A stretch of 39,662 nt of DNA from an uncultured Bacteroidales bacterium (GCA_964599115.1 CAZREZ010000002.1:1-39662), one strand, 5' to 3'; positions 7,056 through 17,764 are shown, counted from the first letter of the stretch. The notes: generated by a model not told the origin, from the letters alone. Made by a program: numbers and translations.

Positions 7056-8415
7056 TTCTACGATATAACGAAGCTCTTGTCAGCCCGAGTTCTTTAGCTG
7101 CTTTGCTGATATTTCCACCATGCTTGTCAATGACTTTACGGATGAGTATTTTTTCAGTATCTTCAAGGTTCATATTTGAGGAAACAACACCTTCATTTTT
7201 TTCGTCGTCCATTTTAGAAAGGAAGAAATCATGGGGTAGAAGCATATTGGATTCGCTCATAATAACAGCTCTTTCAACAGCGTGTTGTAATTCCCTGATA
7301 TTACCGGGCCAGTTATGTTTTTCTAATCTTTTCAAGGTGCTTTGATTTATCCGTTTTAAAGATATTTTATATTTCTTGCAGTAAATTTCCAGAAAATGGT
7401 CAACTAATAGAGAAATATCTTCAATTCGTTCCCTTAGAGAAGGAATAGGAATTTCTACAGTATTAATTCTGTATAATAAATCCTGCCGGAACTTGTTTTC
7501 ATTAACCATTTGATAAAGCGGCATATTGGTGGCACAAATAAGTCTTACGTCAATTGGTATTTCTTTATTAGTACCAAGTCTAACCACATTTCTGTTTTGA
7601 ATAACAGATAATAATTTTGATTGTAAGCTAAATGAAAGGTTACCGATTTCATCAAGGAAAATTGTTCCTTTATTGGCTGCCTCAAACCTGCCTGCCCTGT
7701 CTTCTTTAGCATCTGTGAAAGCACCTTTTTTAAATCCGAACAGTTCGCTTTCAAAAAGGGTTTCGCTGATAGCGCCTAAATCAACGCTTATAAAAACTTG
7801 GTCTTTACGGTTTGAAGCACGATGGACGGCTCTTGCAATTAATTCTTTACCTGTTCCATTCTCGCCAAGTATTAAAACATTGGCATCTGTATTTGCTACT
7901 TTTTGAACTGTAGTTAATACTTTTTCCATTGCAGGTGATTGGCCGATTAAATTACTGTATGTCTGGTTCTGGTCAGCAATTAGTATTTTTTGTTTTGTAC
8001 GAAGGCCTTCAAGTTCAACCTTTGACTTTCGAAGTTCAAGTGTGGTTGTAATTGTGGCAAGAAGTTTTTTGTTTTCCCATGGCTTTAATAAGAAATTGGT
8101 TGATCCTTCCTTTATTCCCTGAACTGCTAATTCAATATCACCGTATCCTGTAATAAGAATAACTATAGCAACAGGATCAATTTCAAGGATTTTATTCATC
8201 CAGTGAAAACCTTCTTTCCCGCTTGTAGCATCAGGCGAAAAGTTCATGTCTAACAGAATCAGGTCGTAGTTTTCATTTCTTATCAGATCGGGAATGTTTT
8301 CAGGATTTTTTTCTGTATGAACAATCTGAATATGTTGTTTGAGAAAAAGCTTAGCTGCAAGCAATACATCCTGATCATCATCAACTATTAAAATTTTAGC
8401 ATCTATCTTATTCAT
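7036..8415 (-). CDS. Sigma-54-dependent response regulator (receiver + AAA+ + Fis-type HTH, NtrC family)
   Basis: The receiver domain shows ILIVDDDQDV...DLILLDMNF. The AAA+ domain has Walker A GENGTGKE, a GAFTGA-type loop written GAFTDA, and Walker B FLDEIGNL. The C-terminal HTH reads ISKAAKELGLTRASLYRRIEKY. Confidence 0.92.
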   Translation of the reverse strand: MNKIDAKILIVDDDQDVLLAAKLFLKQHIQIVHTEKNPENIPDLIRNENYDLILLDMNFSPDATSGKEGFHWMNKILEIDPVAIVILITGYGDIELAVQGIKEGSTNFLLKPWENKKLLATITTTLELRKSKVELEGLRTKQKILIADQNQTYSNLIGQSPAMEKVLTTVQKVANTDANVLILGENGTGKELIARAVHRASNRKDQVFISVDLGAISETLFESELFGFKKGAFTDAKEDRAGRFEAANKGTIFLDEIGNLSFSLQSKLLSVIQNRNVVRLGTNKEIPIDVRLICATNMPLYQMVNENKFRQDLLYRINTVEIPIPSLRERIEDISLLVDHFLEIYCKKYKISLKRINQSTLKRLEKHNWPGNIRELQHAVERAVIMSESNMLLPHDFFLSKMDDEKNEGVVSSNMNLEDTEKILIRKVIDKHGGNISKAAKELGLTRASLYRRIEKYDL

Positions 8416-8536
8416 TATGTAAAATTAAATAATTATGTTCACAATTGTACAAAACATGAACGATAACGAACAATATTAATTGCATTAACCCTAAAAAACC
8501 TTTGTAATAGCATAAAAAACAAAGCATTATAATTAG

Positions 8537-8552
8537 TGGCATAGTATTAGTT
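8537..8552 (+). promoter_or_regulatory. Weak sigma-54 (-24/-12)-like element upstream of the HlyD gene
   Basis: The sequence TGGCATAGTATTAGTT has a good -24 TGGCA. The position 10 nt after the GG reads GT instead of the canonical GC. It lies about 30 nt upstream of ATG 8583 and next to a sigma-54 activator gene. Confidence 0.25.
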
Positions 8553-8582
8553 AAAAAATGTTAAAACTAAAGAATTTTAAAA

Positions 8583-9833
8583 ATGGATAGAATTATTAAA
8601 AAAAAGAAATGGACTACAAGGAAAATTTTAACTATTATTGGAATTACAGCATTTGTGTTTTTTCTTATTTTCCTTTTATTTTTAAGAGATAAATCAAGCA
8701 AATTATATGTAGATAAAAATCAAATTTCAATTGCTACAGTGCTTGAAGATAAGTTCCAGGAATTTATACCGGTTGATGGAGTTGTATACCCTAAAAACAC
8801 AATTTACATTGATGCAATACAGGGTGGAGTGGTTGAAGCTGTATATGTTGAAGATGGTGCTATACTTGAAAAAGGTGATACTATTTTAAAATTACTCAAT
8901 ACTGCAATGGAATTGAATTTTATGGAACAGGAAACAAGGATGCTTGCAGAAATTAATAATTTACAAAACACACTTCTTGCCCTAGAACAAAACAAATATT
9001 TACGCCAAAAAGAAATTGTTCAGTTGGATTACTTGATTGATGGTACTGAAATAGATTTTACAAGGAAAGTACAACTGTTTCATGATAGTGTTATTTCTGT
9101 CAAAGAATTTGAGGATGCTCAAAGAGAATTTGAATTTACATTAAAACAGTTAAATATTTCATTAAAACTACAAAAGCTTGATTCTATTTCAGGTGCTGCA
9201 CAATCAAATAATATAAAAAATTCGTTGGCAAGAATGAATGATAATTTGATTTTATTAAGAAAAAATATAGAAAATGCTTATGTTAAAGCTCCTGCTAATG
9301 GAAAGCTGTCTTCTTTTAGTGCCGAGATCGGCGAAACAAAATCAACAGGCGAACATCTCGGTCAGATAGATTTACCGGATGGATTCAAATTACGTGTAAA
9401 TATTGATGAGAGGTATATTTCAAGAGTATTTAAAGGCCAGGAAGCTGAATTTGATTTTACCGGACATAACTATCAGTTGTACATCGATAAAATTTATACA
9501 GATGTTACGGCTGGTTCGTTTCAGGTTGATATGTTCTTTGATTCAATAGCCCCTGCCAGTGTTAAGCGTGGACAGACGATACAGCTTAGATTAAAATTCA
9601 GTGGTGAAACCGATGCAATTATTGTAAAAAGAGGTGGCTTTTTCCAGGAAACAGGAGGAAACTGGATTTATATTATTGATCCCACTGAAAGTTTTGCTAC
9701 TAAAAGAAAGATAAGAATAAATAGGCAAAACACTAATTTTTACGAGGTGTTAGAAGGTTTGCAGCCAGGAGAGAAAGTTATAGTATCTTCTTATGATTCG
9801 TTTGGTGATAAGGATAAATTGATATTTAAATAA
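8583..9833 (+). CDS. HlyD/MacA-family periplasmic adaptor (membrane fusion protein)
   Basis: It has an N-terminal TM anchor (ILTIIGITAFVFFLIFLLFL), a lipoyl-like motif (GGVVEAVYVEDGAILEKGDTILKL), a long coiled-coil region and a C-terminal beta-barrel region. It sits 5 nt upstream of the first permease gene. Confidence 0.85.
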   Translation: MDRIIKKKKWTTRKILTIIGITAFVFFLIFLLFLRDKSSKLYVDKNQISIATVLEDKFQEFIPVDGVVYPKNTIYIDAIQGGVVEAVYVEDGAILEKGDTILKLLNTAMELNFMEQETRMLAEINNLQNTLLALEQNKYLRQKEIVQLDYLIDGTEIDFTRKVQLFHDSVISVKEFEDAQREFEFTLKQLNISLKLQKLDSISGAAQSNNIKNSLARMNDNLILLRKNIENAYVKAPANGKLSSFSAEIGETKSTGEHLGQIDLPDGFKLRVNIDERYISRVFKGQEAEFDFTGHNYQLYIDKIYTDVTAGSFQVDMFFDSIAPASVKRGQTIQLRLKFSGETDAIIVKRGGFFQETGGNWIYIIDPTESFATKRKIRINRQNTNFYEVLEGLQPGEKVIVSSYDSFGDKDKLIFK

Positions 9834-9838
9834 TAATT

Positions 9839-12262
9839 ATGTTAAGAAACTATTTTAAAGTTGCTTTAAGGAATTTGTTAAGATATAAATTCTTTTCATT
9901 AATTAATATAATTGGATTGGCAATAGGTATGGCAGCTTCAATTTTGATAGCTTTATGGGTGATTGATGAATTGAGTTATGATGAATATAATGAAAAGGCA
10001 GATCGAATATATAGGGTTGAACGTGACATATTTTATAATAATGAGAGATTTTTGGTTCCGGTTACCGGTGCTATTTACGGAAGTACTATTAAATCTGATC
10101 TCCCTGAGTTTGAGGACATGGTACGTTTATATCCTAATGAGCTTTCAATTGAGGACAATAGGGGTGTAGATCACCGCGAGAGAGTATTCTTTGCCGATGC
10201 AAGTATTTTTAATGTATTTACTTTTCAATTCTTACGTGGAGATCCGGGCAAATCTTTAGAGGAGCCATTTACAGTTGTTCTAACATCAAAAGGAGCTGAA
10301 AAATATTTTGGAAATGAAGATCCAATAAACAAACATTTACTTATAGAATGGGGAGATGAAAAAAAATCTTATCTCGTTACAGGTATTATTGAAAATGTCC
10401 CTGATAACAGTCATTTTCATTTTGATGTTTTAGCTTCGTTTAATACGCTTGAGACATATATGCCGGACAATTTAAAAAGCTGGTTAAATAATAATCTTTA
10501 TACTTATGTTTTATTAAAGGATGGAATTGAAAAAGAACAGGCTGAGGCCAAACTTCAGATATTAGTGGAACAATATATTTTACCTGCCTACAGCCAATTT
10601 TTTCAGGATGATGAGCCTGAGGCTTCTATGGAATTATATCTTTTACCCATCAAAGATATTCATCTGACTGATAGAATGTGGAGTATTGAATCTGGTGGAA
10701 GTAAAACATCCGTTTATATTTTTTCCATTATTGCAGTTTTAATATTGGTGATTGCATGTTTTAATTTTATGAATTTATCAACTGCTTTGGCAAGAAGAAG
10801 ATCTTTGGAAGTTGGAGTTAGAAAAACCATGGGAGCAAATAAAAAGCAGTTAGTTTCCCAATTCTTAACCGAATCATTTATTCTGGCTGTAATCTCGTTT
10901 GTTTTGGCTCTTTTAATTATCGAGATTATTTTACCAAATTATAATACTTTTGCCAATAAGTCATTATCATTACTTACCCTTGGAAAGACAGAAAATTTAC
11001 TTTTACTTTTAATAATTATTATTGGTACCGGTATAATAGCCGGATTATATCCTGCAGTTTATTTGTCATCATTCAAACCGATAGCTGTTTTAAAAGGGAA
11101 AATGAATGGGAAGACCAGTAATTTCAACTTTAGACAAATTTTAGTAATATTACAATTCGGAATATCCATAAGCTTGATTATAGGCACATTAACAGCTTAC
11201 CTGCAAATTAATTATTTTCAAAACAAATCATTGGGTTTTGAAAAGGAAAACATGCTAATAATTCCCGTTGAAAGTAATTATGTGCAAGAGCATTATCAAG
11301 CATTCCGTGATGAATTAAAACAACAACCAATAATTCAAAACGTAGCATCTTCATTCGCTATTCCAACCCAATCGAATTATTGGGATACCGTATTTGAAAC
11401 AGAATTGTTACCGGATGAAACTTTTTTAAGTCGATATTATTCGATAGATTATGATTATTTCAAAACTTATGGGATAGAAATAATTGCAGGGCGAAACTTT
11501 TCAAAAGAATATCCAAATGATACATTGGGTAGATGGATTCTTAATGAGGCAGCTATAAAAAAAATGGGAATCAAGGATCCTGAAAAAGCTGTTGGGGCCA
11601 CATATACTCATTTTGGTAATGAATCGGAAACCAAAGGGAAAATCATAGGTGTTGTGAAAGATTATCATTATCAGGGGCTTGATAAAAAAATTGAACCAAT
11701 GTCTCATTTTTTATCAAGAAATCAATTCGGGTATATAAGTGTGAAATATGCAGAAGGAAAAGAAAAAGGAATAGTTGAACTTGTTGAAAAAAAATGGAAG
11801 AAACAATTTCCGGGTGTGCAATTCTCAAGCATATTTTTAACAGAACGTTATAATAATCTTTATCAGAATGAACAGAAAATGAAAAAAACCCTGATTGGAT
11901 TTATAATTTTGGCAATTTTTATTGCCTGTTTGGGATTATTTGGCTTAGCTGCGTTTATTGCTCAACAAAAAACAAAAGAAATTGGAATCCGTAAAGTACA
12001 TGGTGCATCTATAAATTCGATCATTCAAATGTTAAATAAAGTATTTATTAAATGGGTGCTGATAGCAAATGTTATTGCCTGGCCTGTAGCGTACTATTTT
12101 CTTGATGAATGGTTAGCCGGTTTTTATTACAGGATCAGCTTACCTGTCTGGGTTTTTATTATTTCCGGATTAATAGGCTTACTAATTGCTATAATGACTG
12201 TGAGCTATCAAGCATATAAAGCTGCCAGGTCAAATCCGCTTAATGCATTGAAATATGAATAA
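9839..12262 (+). CDS. ABC transporter permease, MacB type with two FtsX modules (paralog 1, 807 aa)
   Basis: The N-terminus MLRNYFKVALRNLLRYKFFSLINIIGLAIGMAA is followed by a periplasmic domain. There are two FtsX-type TM bundles, with signature loops RRRSLEVGVRKTMGA and QKTKEIGIRKVHGA. The C-terminus reads SNPLNALKYE. Confidence 0.9.
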   Translation: MLRNYFKVALRNLLRYKFFSLINIIGLAIGMAASILIALWVIDELSYDEYNEKADRIYRVERDIFYNNERFLVPVTGAIYGSTIKSDLPEFEDMVRLYPNELSIEDNRGVDHRERVFFADASIFNVFTFQFLRGDPGKSLEEPFTVVLTSKGAEKYFGNEDPINKHLLIEWGDEKKSYLVTGIIENVPDNSHFHFDVLASFNTLETYMPDNLKSWLNNNLYTYVLLKDGIEKEQAEAKLQILVEQYILPAYSQFFQDDEPEASMELYLLPIKDIHLTDRMWSIESGGSKTSVYIFSIIAVLILVIACFNFMNLSTALARRRSLEVGVRKTMGANKKQLVSQFLTESFILAVISFVLALLIIEIILPNYNTFANKSLSLLTLGKTENLLLLLIIIIGTGIIAGLYPAVYLSSFKPIAVLKGKMNGKTSNFNFRQILVILQFGISISLIIGTLTAYLQINYFQNKSLGFEKENMLIIPVESNYVQEHYQAFRDELKQQPIIQNVASSFAIPTQSNYWDTVFETELLPDETFLSRYYSIDYDYFKTYGIEIIAGRNFSKEYPNDTLGRWILNEAAIKKMGIKDPEKAVGATYTHFGNESETKGKIIGVVKDYHYQGLDKKIEPMSHFLSRNQFGYISVKYAEGKEKGIVELVEKKWKKQFPGVQFSSIFLTERYNNLYQNEQKMKKTLIGFIILAIFIACLGLFGLAAFIAQQKTKEIGIRKVHGASINSIIQMLNKVFIKWVLIANVIAWPVAYYFLDEWLAGFYYRISLPVWVFIISGLIGLLIAIMTVSYQAYKAARSNPLNALKYE

Positions 12263-12346
12263 GTTTATTAATTAATAAATTGTAGTAGAATATTATTATA
12301 AAAATTTTTGTTAGCATCATTTTGTTTATGTCACAAAGAATCTTAA

Positions 12347-14752
12347 ATGTTTAAAAATTATTTAAAAATCAGTATCAGGAATCTTATAAGAGAAAAGGTA
12401 TATACTCTTATAATTATAATTGGCTTAACTATTAGTATAGTTTCATTTTTACTTATTGTGCTTTATATTCAAAACGAGTTAAGTTATGATAAGCATATTC
12501 CGGATGCTGACCGTTTATTCAGGTGTGTAGAATTACAACATGCAGAAGGTGTTGGTGACCAGCATGTAGCTGTTACAATGGGTCCTTTGGCAGATGCTTT
12601 GGTTAATGATTTCCCCGAGGTTGAAAAAGCAGTTAGATTAATGGCTTGGGGTAGTTTACCCATTGAATATAATGGTAAACAATTTAACCAGGATTTCGTT
12701 GTTTTTACAGACCCTGAAATTTTTGATCTTTTTGATGTACAACTCATCAGGGGTGATACTTCAAGTGCATTGGATGAGCTTAAATCAATAATTGTTTCTG
12801 AAAAGGTTGCAAAAAAGTTTTTTAACTCTGTTGATGAAGCTGTAGGCAAGATTGTTACATTTTATAATAAAGAAGGATTTTTAGTTACCGGTGTAATGAA
12901 AGATCAACCCGAGAATGCACATTTCAAAATGGAAGTTCTTATTCCTTTTAAATGTATTGAATCACAATTCTCATGGCTTAAGGGCTGGGGAAGTAATTCA
13001 TTAGATACTTATATTCGTCTTACAAAAGGGTCAGATTATCATGATTTAGAAGAAAAATTCGAAGAATTTCTGTTAAAATATATTGATATTCCTGAAGAAA
13101 ACAGACATCGTATGTTCCAGCTTTATTTACAGCCGGTTCTTGATATACATCTAAAATCAGATAAAATGAAATTCCAGGTTATGAATTATAATCAGGGTAG
13201 CATTACATTGATATATGTATTTTCTGTCGTTGCCATATTAATAATTATAATAGCCTGTATTAATTTTATAAATATTGCAATAAGCCGTTCGGTTAAGAGA
13301 AGTAAAGAAGTTGGAATACGAAAAGTATTAGGTGCTAACCGTCGAAATTTAATATATCAATTTCTTGGAGAATCATTTATCATTACTTTTTTTTCAATAC
13401 TATTTGCACTCGTATTAGTTGAATTTCTTTTGCCATCGTTTAACCAAATATTGGGAACCAGCCTTGAAATAGACTTTATTAATAACTGGATTTTTAATTT
13501 TGGTTTATTGGCAATATTATTGATTGTTAGTTTTTTCTCAGGAGCTTACCCTGCATTTTATCTTTCACGATTTCATCCAATAAAAATATTAAAAAATACT
13601 TCATCGCTGCGAAATACAAAGTCGGGGATATTAAGCAAGATTTTAGTTGTGTTTCAGTTTGTGATTTCTATAAGCTTGATTTTTTGCGTTATGATTATTT
13701 ACACCCAGTTCAATTATGTCTTAAATAAAGATCTTGGATATAATTATAATGATGTGGTATCCATTCCATTATTTGATAATAATACGCCTGAAAAAATTGA
13801 ACAAATAAAGAACGAGTTAAAGCAAAATCCAAATATTATTAATATTTCCGTAGCTTCCAGCGTTAGCGGAGCGAGTGGAACCCAAGCTACAATAGAAGTT
13901 GATGATACAGCACAAACAAGGATTACTTCACGTATATGTAGTATAGATTATAATTTCTTTCAAATGATGGAAATACCGGTTATTAAGGGTCGTAATTTTA
14001 GTAAAGAATATGCCTTGGATGAAAATGAGGCAATAATTCTAAATGAATCAGCAGTTCATTATCTTGGATGGGATGACCCTATTGGAAAAGTTTTTAAACC
14101 CATATTATTAGATACAGTTGCAAAAAGAAGAGTAATTGGAGTGATACAAGATTATCATTATTATTCTTTACATTCAAAAATTGAACCGGCTGTTTATATT
14201 ATTGATAATGAACGAAACAGAACACTATGTATTAAATTAAATAAATCGGCAATTAAAGAAACTGTTGAATTTATTGAATCGAAGTGGAATGAATTGTTTC
14301 CCGGCGTTCCATTTGAAATGGTGTTTGCAAATGAACAATTAAAAGAATACTATGAAGATGAAAAGAATACAATGAAGTTATTTACATTCTTCACTTTGCT
14401 GTCAATTATAATTTCATGTTTGGGTCTTTACGGTCTTATATCCTATATTGTTGAACAGCGAACAAAGGAAATTGGAATTCGTAAGGTTTTAGGAAGCAAA
14501 ACATTACAAATTGTAAATCTTCTAATTAAAAATTTTATTAAACTTATATTAATAGCAGGTATTATTGCATCTCCAATAGCCTGGTATTTTATGGATAAAG
14601 CATTACAAAATTTTGCTTACAGGATAAATATTTCATGGTATTATTTTGTTATTGCTATAGTTGTAGCATTGATTATAGCTATACTAACGATTTTATACCA
14701 CGCTCTTAAAACAGCTAATAAAAATCCTGTTGATGCATTGAAATATGAATAA
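12347..14752 (+). CDS. ABC transporter permease, MacB type with two FtsX modules (paralog 2, 801 aa)
   Basis: It has the same architecture as paralog 1: N-terminus MFKNYLKISIRNLIREK, FtsX loops KRSKEVGIRKVLGA and QRTKEIGIRKVLGS, and C-terminus NPVDALKYE. Confidence 0.9.
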   Translation: MFKNYLKISIRNLIREKVYTLIIIIGLTISIVSFLLIVLYIQNELSYDKHIPDADRLFRCVELQHAEGVGDQHVAVTMGPLADALVNDFPEVEKAVRLMAWGSLPIEYNGKQFNQDFVVFTDPEIFDLFDVQLIRGDTSSALDELKSIIVSEKVAKKFFNSVDEAVGKIVTFYNKEGFLVTGVMKDQPENAHFKMEVLIPFKCIESQFSWLKGWGSNSLDTYIRLTKGSDYHDLEEKFEEFLLKYIDIPEENRHRMFQLYLQPVLDIHLKSDKMKFQVMNYNQGSITLIYVFSVVAILIIIIACINFINIAISRSVKRSKEVGIRKVLGANRRNLIYQFLGESFIITFFSILFALVLVEFLLPSFNQILGTSLEIDFINNWIFNFGLLAILLIVSFFSGAYPAFYLSRFHPIKILKNTSSLRNTKSGILSKILVVFQFVISISLIFCVMIIYTQFNYVLNKDLGYNYNDVVSIPLFDNNTPEKIEQIKNELKQNPNIINISVASSVSGASGTQATIEVDDTAQTRITSRICSIDYNFFQMMEIPVIKGRNFSKEYALDENEAIILNESAVHYLGWDDPIGKVFKPILLDTVAKRRVIGVIQDYHYYSLHSKIEPAVYIIDNERNRTLCIKLNKSAIKETVEFIESKWNELFPGVPFEMVFANEQLKEYYEDEKNTMKLFTFFTLLSIIISCLGLYGLISYIVEQRTKEIGIRKVLGSKTLQIVNLLIKNFIKLILIAGIIASPIAWYFMDKALQNFAYRINISWYYFVIAIVVALIIAILTILYHALKTANKNPVDALKYE

Positions 14753-14776
14753 ATTGATTATTTAAATATAAAAATT

Positions 14777-15112
14777 ATGAGAGAAGTAGTAATTTTAATT
14801 CCTGATGTTGACATTGAACAAAACATTGAAATTGATGTCAGGATCAATGGTAGAAAAAGAACCATTCAATACAGAGTTGAATTATTGAACTGGGAAGGAA
14901 ATGATGTTCCGCCCAAAGATAAAGTTAACGTTTTAAAACATTGGATTGCCGATTATGACAAGCAATGGGAACTTGTGGAAATTGGCGCACCTGGTGATGA
15001 AAACATTCCGCTAATGTTCAGAAAGAAGATACAACCATTAACTGAGAAAGGTTTTAATCAGGGATTCAATTTGCTTATTTTGAGAAATAATTCGATGATG
15101 GATGGAAAATAG
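14777..15112 (+). CDS. Hypothetical cytoplasmic protein (111 aa) embedded between permease paralogs
   Basis: The ORF is on the same strand as its neighbours, 24 nt after the upstream stop and 29 nt before the next ATG. It has no signal peptide or TM segment, and I recognise no domain. It ends in TAG. Confidence 0.55.
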   Translation: MREVVILIPDVDIEQNIEIDVRINGRKRTIQYRVELLNWEGNDVPPKDKVNVLKHWIADYDKQWELVEIGAPGDENIPLMFRKKIQPLTEKGFNQGFNLLILRNNSMMDGK

Positions 15113-15141
15113 TTAGTAAGATATATAACAAGGAGTCTTAA

Positions 15142-17550
15142 ATGTTTAAAAATTATTTTAAAATAGCAATAAGGAATTTGGTAAAACGCAAGTTTTATTC
15201 CCTGATAAATATTAGCGGTCTTGCTATTGGTCTTGCCAGCTTTATAATTATTATGTTGTATATTATTGATGAGTTAAGCTATGACCGATATCATAAGAAT
15301 GCCGAAAATATCTACAGGCTTGTTAATGTTTATGATTTTAGCGGAGTTGGTGAAAATTCTGCAAGTAGCCCTTTTCCCGTTGCATTTACTATGAAAGACG
15401 AATATCCCGGAATGATTAAAAATGTTGTCCGGGTTTTTAATTTTCAAACCCCAAGAATGTTAATTGAGATTGGTGATAACAGATACAATGAAAGGAGGTT
15501 CTTTTTTGCAGATTCTACTTTCTTTAACATTTTTGATCACGAATTTATTAATGGCAACCCAAAAACCGTTTTGAATGAATCTTACTCAGTTGTTTTGACC
15601 GAGTCTGCAGCAAAAAAATATTTTGGTGATGATGATCCTATAAATAAAACAATAAAATTTGAGAAACAGATTGATTTAAAAGTTACAGGTATAATAAAAG
15701 ACGTTCCTGCTCAATCACATTTTAATTTTGATTTTATTGCTTCAATGTCATCGGTAAGAAAAATATATGGCGGAAAGCTCCCTAAAACCTGGGTTTGGAA
15801 TCCATGCTGGACATATTTACTTCTTGAAGATGGAGCAGCTCCTGTACTGGAAAAAAAGTTTCCCGATTTTATTAATAAATTTTTTAATGATGCAGAAAAA
15901 GAGAATATTTCTCTTTATCTCCAACCATTGACGGATATACACTTAAAATCAAGACTTGATTATGAATTAGAACCCAATAATAATATTTCTTATATCTATA
16001 TTTTATCGGCAATTGCAGCATTTTTACTGATAATTGCAAGCATTAATTTTATGAACCTTGCAACAGCAACATCTGCAGCCAGAGCAAAAGAAATAGGAAT
16101 TAAAAAAGTTGTTGGGAGTTACCGTTCACAGTTAATTTTTCAGTTTATCAGCGAATCAATTATTATAAGTTTTATTTCCTTAATAATTGCTCTGATTTTA
16201 GTTGAACTGTTATTACCTGTTTTTAATACATTTGCAAATAAAGAGATTGTTCTTAGTATTTTGCTTCAACCTAAATATTTATTGGCATTAATTGTATTAG
16301 TATTATTTACAGGAGTATTTTCGGGTATATACCCGGCATTTTATTTATCTGCATTTAAGCCGATATCCGTATTAAAAGGAAGTATAAAAAAAGAAAATAA
16401 AAGCACACTGCCAAGAAAAATACTGGTTGTTTTACAATTTGTTATTTCTATAACTTTAATTATTGGCACATTAACGGTTTTTAGCCAATTAAAATTTTTA
16501 CAAAATGCTGATTTGGGATTCAACAAAGAAGAAATTATAATTATTCCGGTTAATCACACACCAATTGCCCGGTCATACAAGAGTTTTAAAAACGAATTAC
16601 TCTTAAATAATGATATAATCAGCATTACGGCTGTGGATGATATATTTGGTGTTGCTCATAATACCCATGAATTCAGTCCAGAAGGATTTCCGCAGGATAA
16701 GTTGCAATTTTATCCTGCATTGGTTGTCAGGTATGATTTTGTTAAAACATTTGATATAAAAATACTTGCGGGAAGAGATTATAATGAAGATAATAAAACC
16801 GACCCTGAAAAAGGTATGCTTATTAATGAAGCTATGGTCAAGCATCTCGGTTGGGGAAGTAATGAACAAGCTCTTGGCAAAAAGTTTAAATCATTATATG
16901 GGGAGGAAAGAGTAATTGGTGTTACAAATAATTTTAATACCACTTCATTGTATGAACAAGCAGGTCCGTTTGTTCTGAATATTAAAGAAAATCAAGGTGA
17001 AGTTATGTGGTTTTTAAAATTTATGGCAATCCGAATAACTCCGGATAACAATAAAAAAACAATAGACTTTATAGAAAATAAATGGAAAGAGTTTGCTCCA
17101 AACCGTCCTTTTGAATATTCTTTTTTAGATCAGGAACTCAATAAACTTTATAAGGATGAGAATAATTTCGGAAAACTTTCATTAATTTTCTCTTTAATGA
17201 TAATTTTTATTGCAAGTCTTGGCTTGTTTGGTTTGACCTCATTTATGGCAGAACAACGAACAAAGGAAATTGGCATAAGGAAAATTTTGGGTGCTAAAGT
17301 AAACGATATAATCACATTGTTATCCAAAGAATTTTTTAAATTAATTGTGATTGCAATACTGATTGCATGGCCAATTGCATTTTTATTAATTGATGATTGG
17401 CTCAGCCATTTTGCATACCGGACTGCCATTAATTGGTTTGTGTTTATTCTTGCAGGTTTGTTTGCATTAATTATTGCATTATTGATTACTGCTTACAAAG
17501 CTTATGTTACATCACAGTCTAATCCTGTTGATACTTTAAAATATGAATAA
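15142..17550 (+). CDS. ABC transporter permease, MacB type with two FtsX modules (paralog 3, 802 aa)
   Basis: N-terminus MFKNYFKIAIRNLVKRK, FtsX loops ARAKEIGIKKVVGS and QRTKEIGIRKILGA, and C-terminus NPVDTLKYE. Confidence 0.9.
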   Translation: MFKNYFKIAIRNLVKRKFYSLINISGLAIGLASFIIIMLYIIDELSYDRYHKNAENIYRLVNVYDFSGVGENSASSPFPVAFTMKDEYPGMIKNVVRVFNFQTPRMLIEIGDNRYNERRFFFADSTFFNIFDHEFINGNPKTVLNESYSVVLTESAAKKYFGDDDPINKTIKFEKQIDLKVTGIIKDVPAQSHFNFDFIASMSSVRKIYGGKLPKTWVWNPCWTYLLLEDGAAPVLEKKFPDFINKFFNDAEKENISLYLQPLTDIHLKSRLDYELEPNNNISYIYILSAIAAFLLIIASINFMNLATATSAARAKEIGIKKVVGSYRSQLIFQFISESIIISFISLIIALILVELLLPVFNTFANKEIVLSILLQPKYLLALIVLVLFTGVFSGIYPAFYLSAFKPISVLKGSIKKENKSTLPRKILVVLQFVISITLIIGTLTVFSQLKFLQNADLGFNKEEIIIIPVNHTPIARSYKSFKNELLLNNDIISITAVDDIFGVAHNTHEFSPEGFPQDKLQFYPALVVRYDFVKTFDIKILAGRDYNEDNKTDPEKGMLINEAMVKHLGWGSNEQALGKKFKSLYGEERVIGVTNNFNTTSLYEQAGPFVLNIKENQGEVMWFLKFMAIRITPDNNKKTIDFIENKWKEFAPNRPFEYSFLDQELNKLYKDENNFGKLSLIFSLMIIFIASLGLFGLTSFMAEQRTKEIGIRKILGAKVNDIITLLSKEFFKLIVIAILIAWPIAFLLIDDWLSHFAYRTAINWFVFILAGLFALIIALLITAYKAYVTSQSNPVDTLKYE

Positions 17551-17764
17551 TTTATAGAAAATAAAAGTCACAGATTAATCCTGTAGAATCTCATTAGCGA
17601 GCAATGCTATTAAACAGGGTGAACAGATAAACTTATGAAATATTCAGAACAGAAATATCAATTATAAAAAAAGATTAATTTTATAATCGGTGAATCAGTA
17701 GCAAATTTGATTATCATTTTATCCATTATAGAACAATATTATTAAACATTTAAATATTTAAATC

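Noticed and set aside
12484-12849. A 121-aa minus-strand ORF inside permease paralog 2. Similar short antisense ORFs occur inside the other permeases, the RR, trpS, rng, accC, fba, the USP genes, ruvB and the transposase.
   Set aside because: All are fully nested antisense to genes with clear family motifs. Nothing distinguishes them from chance open frames.
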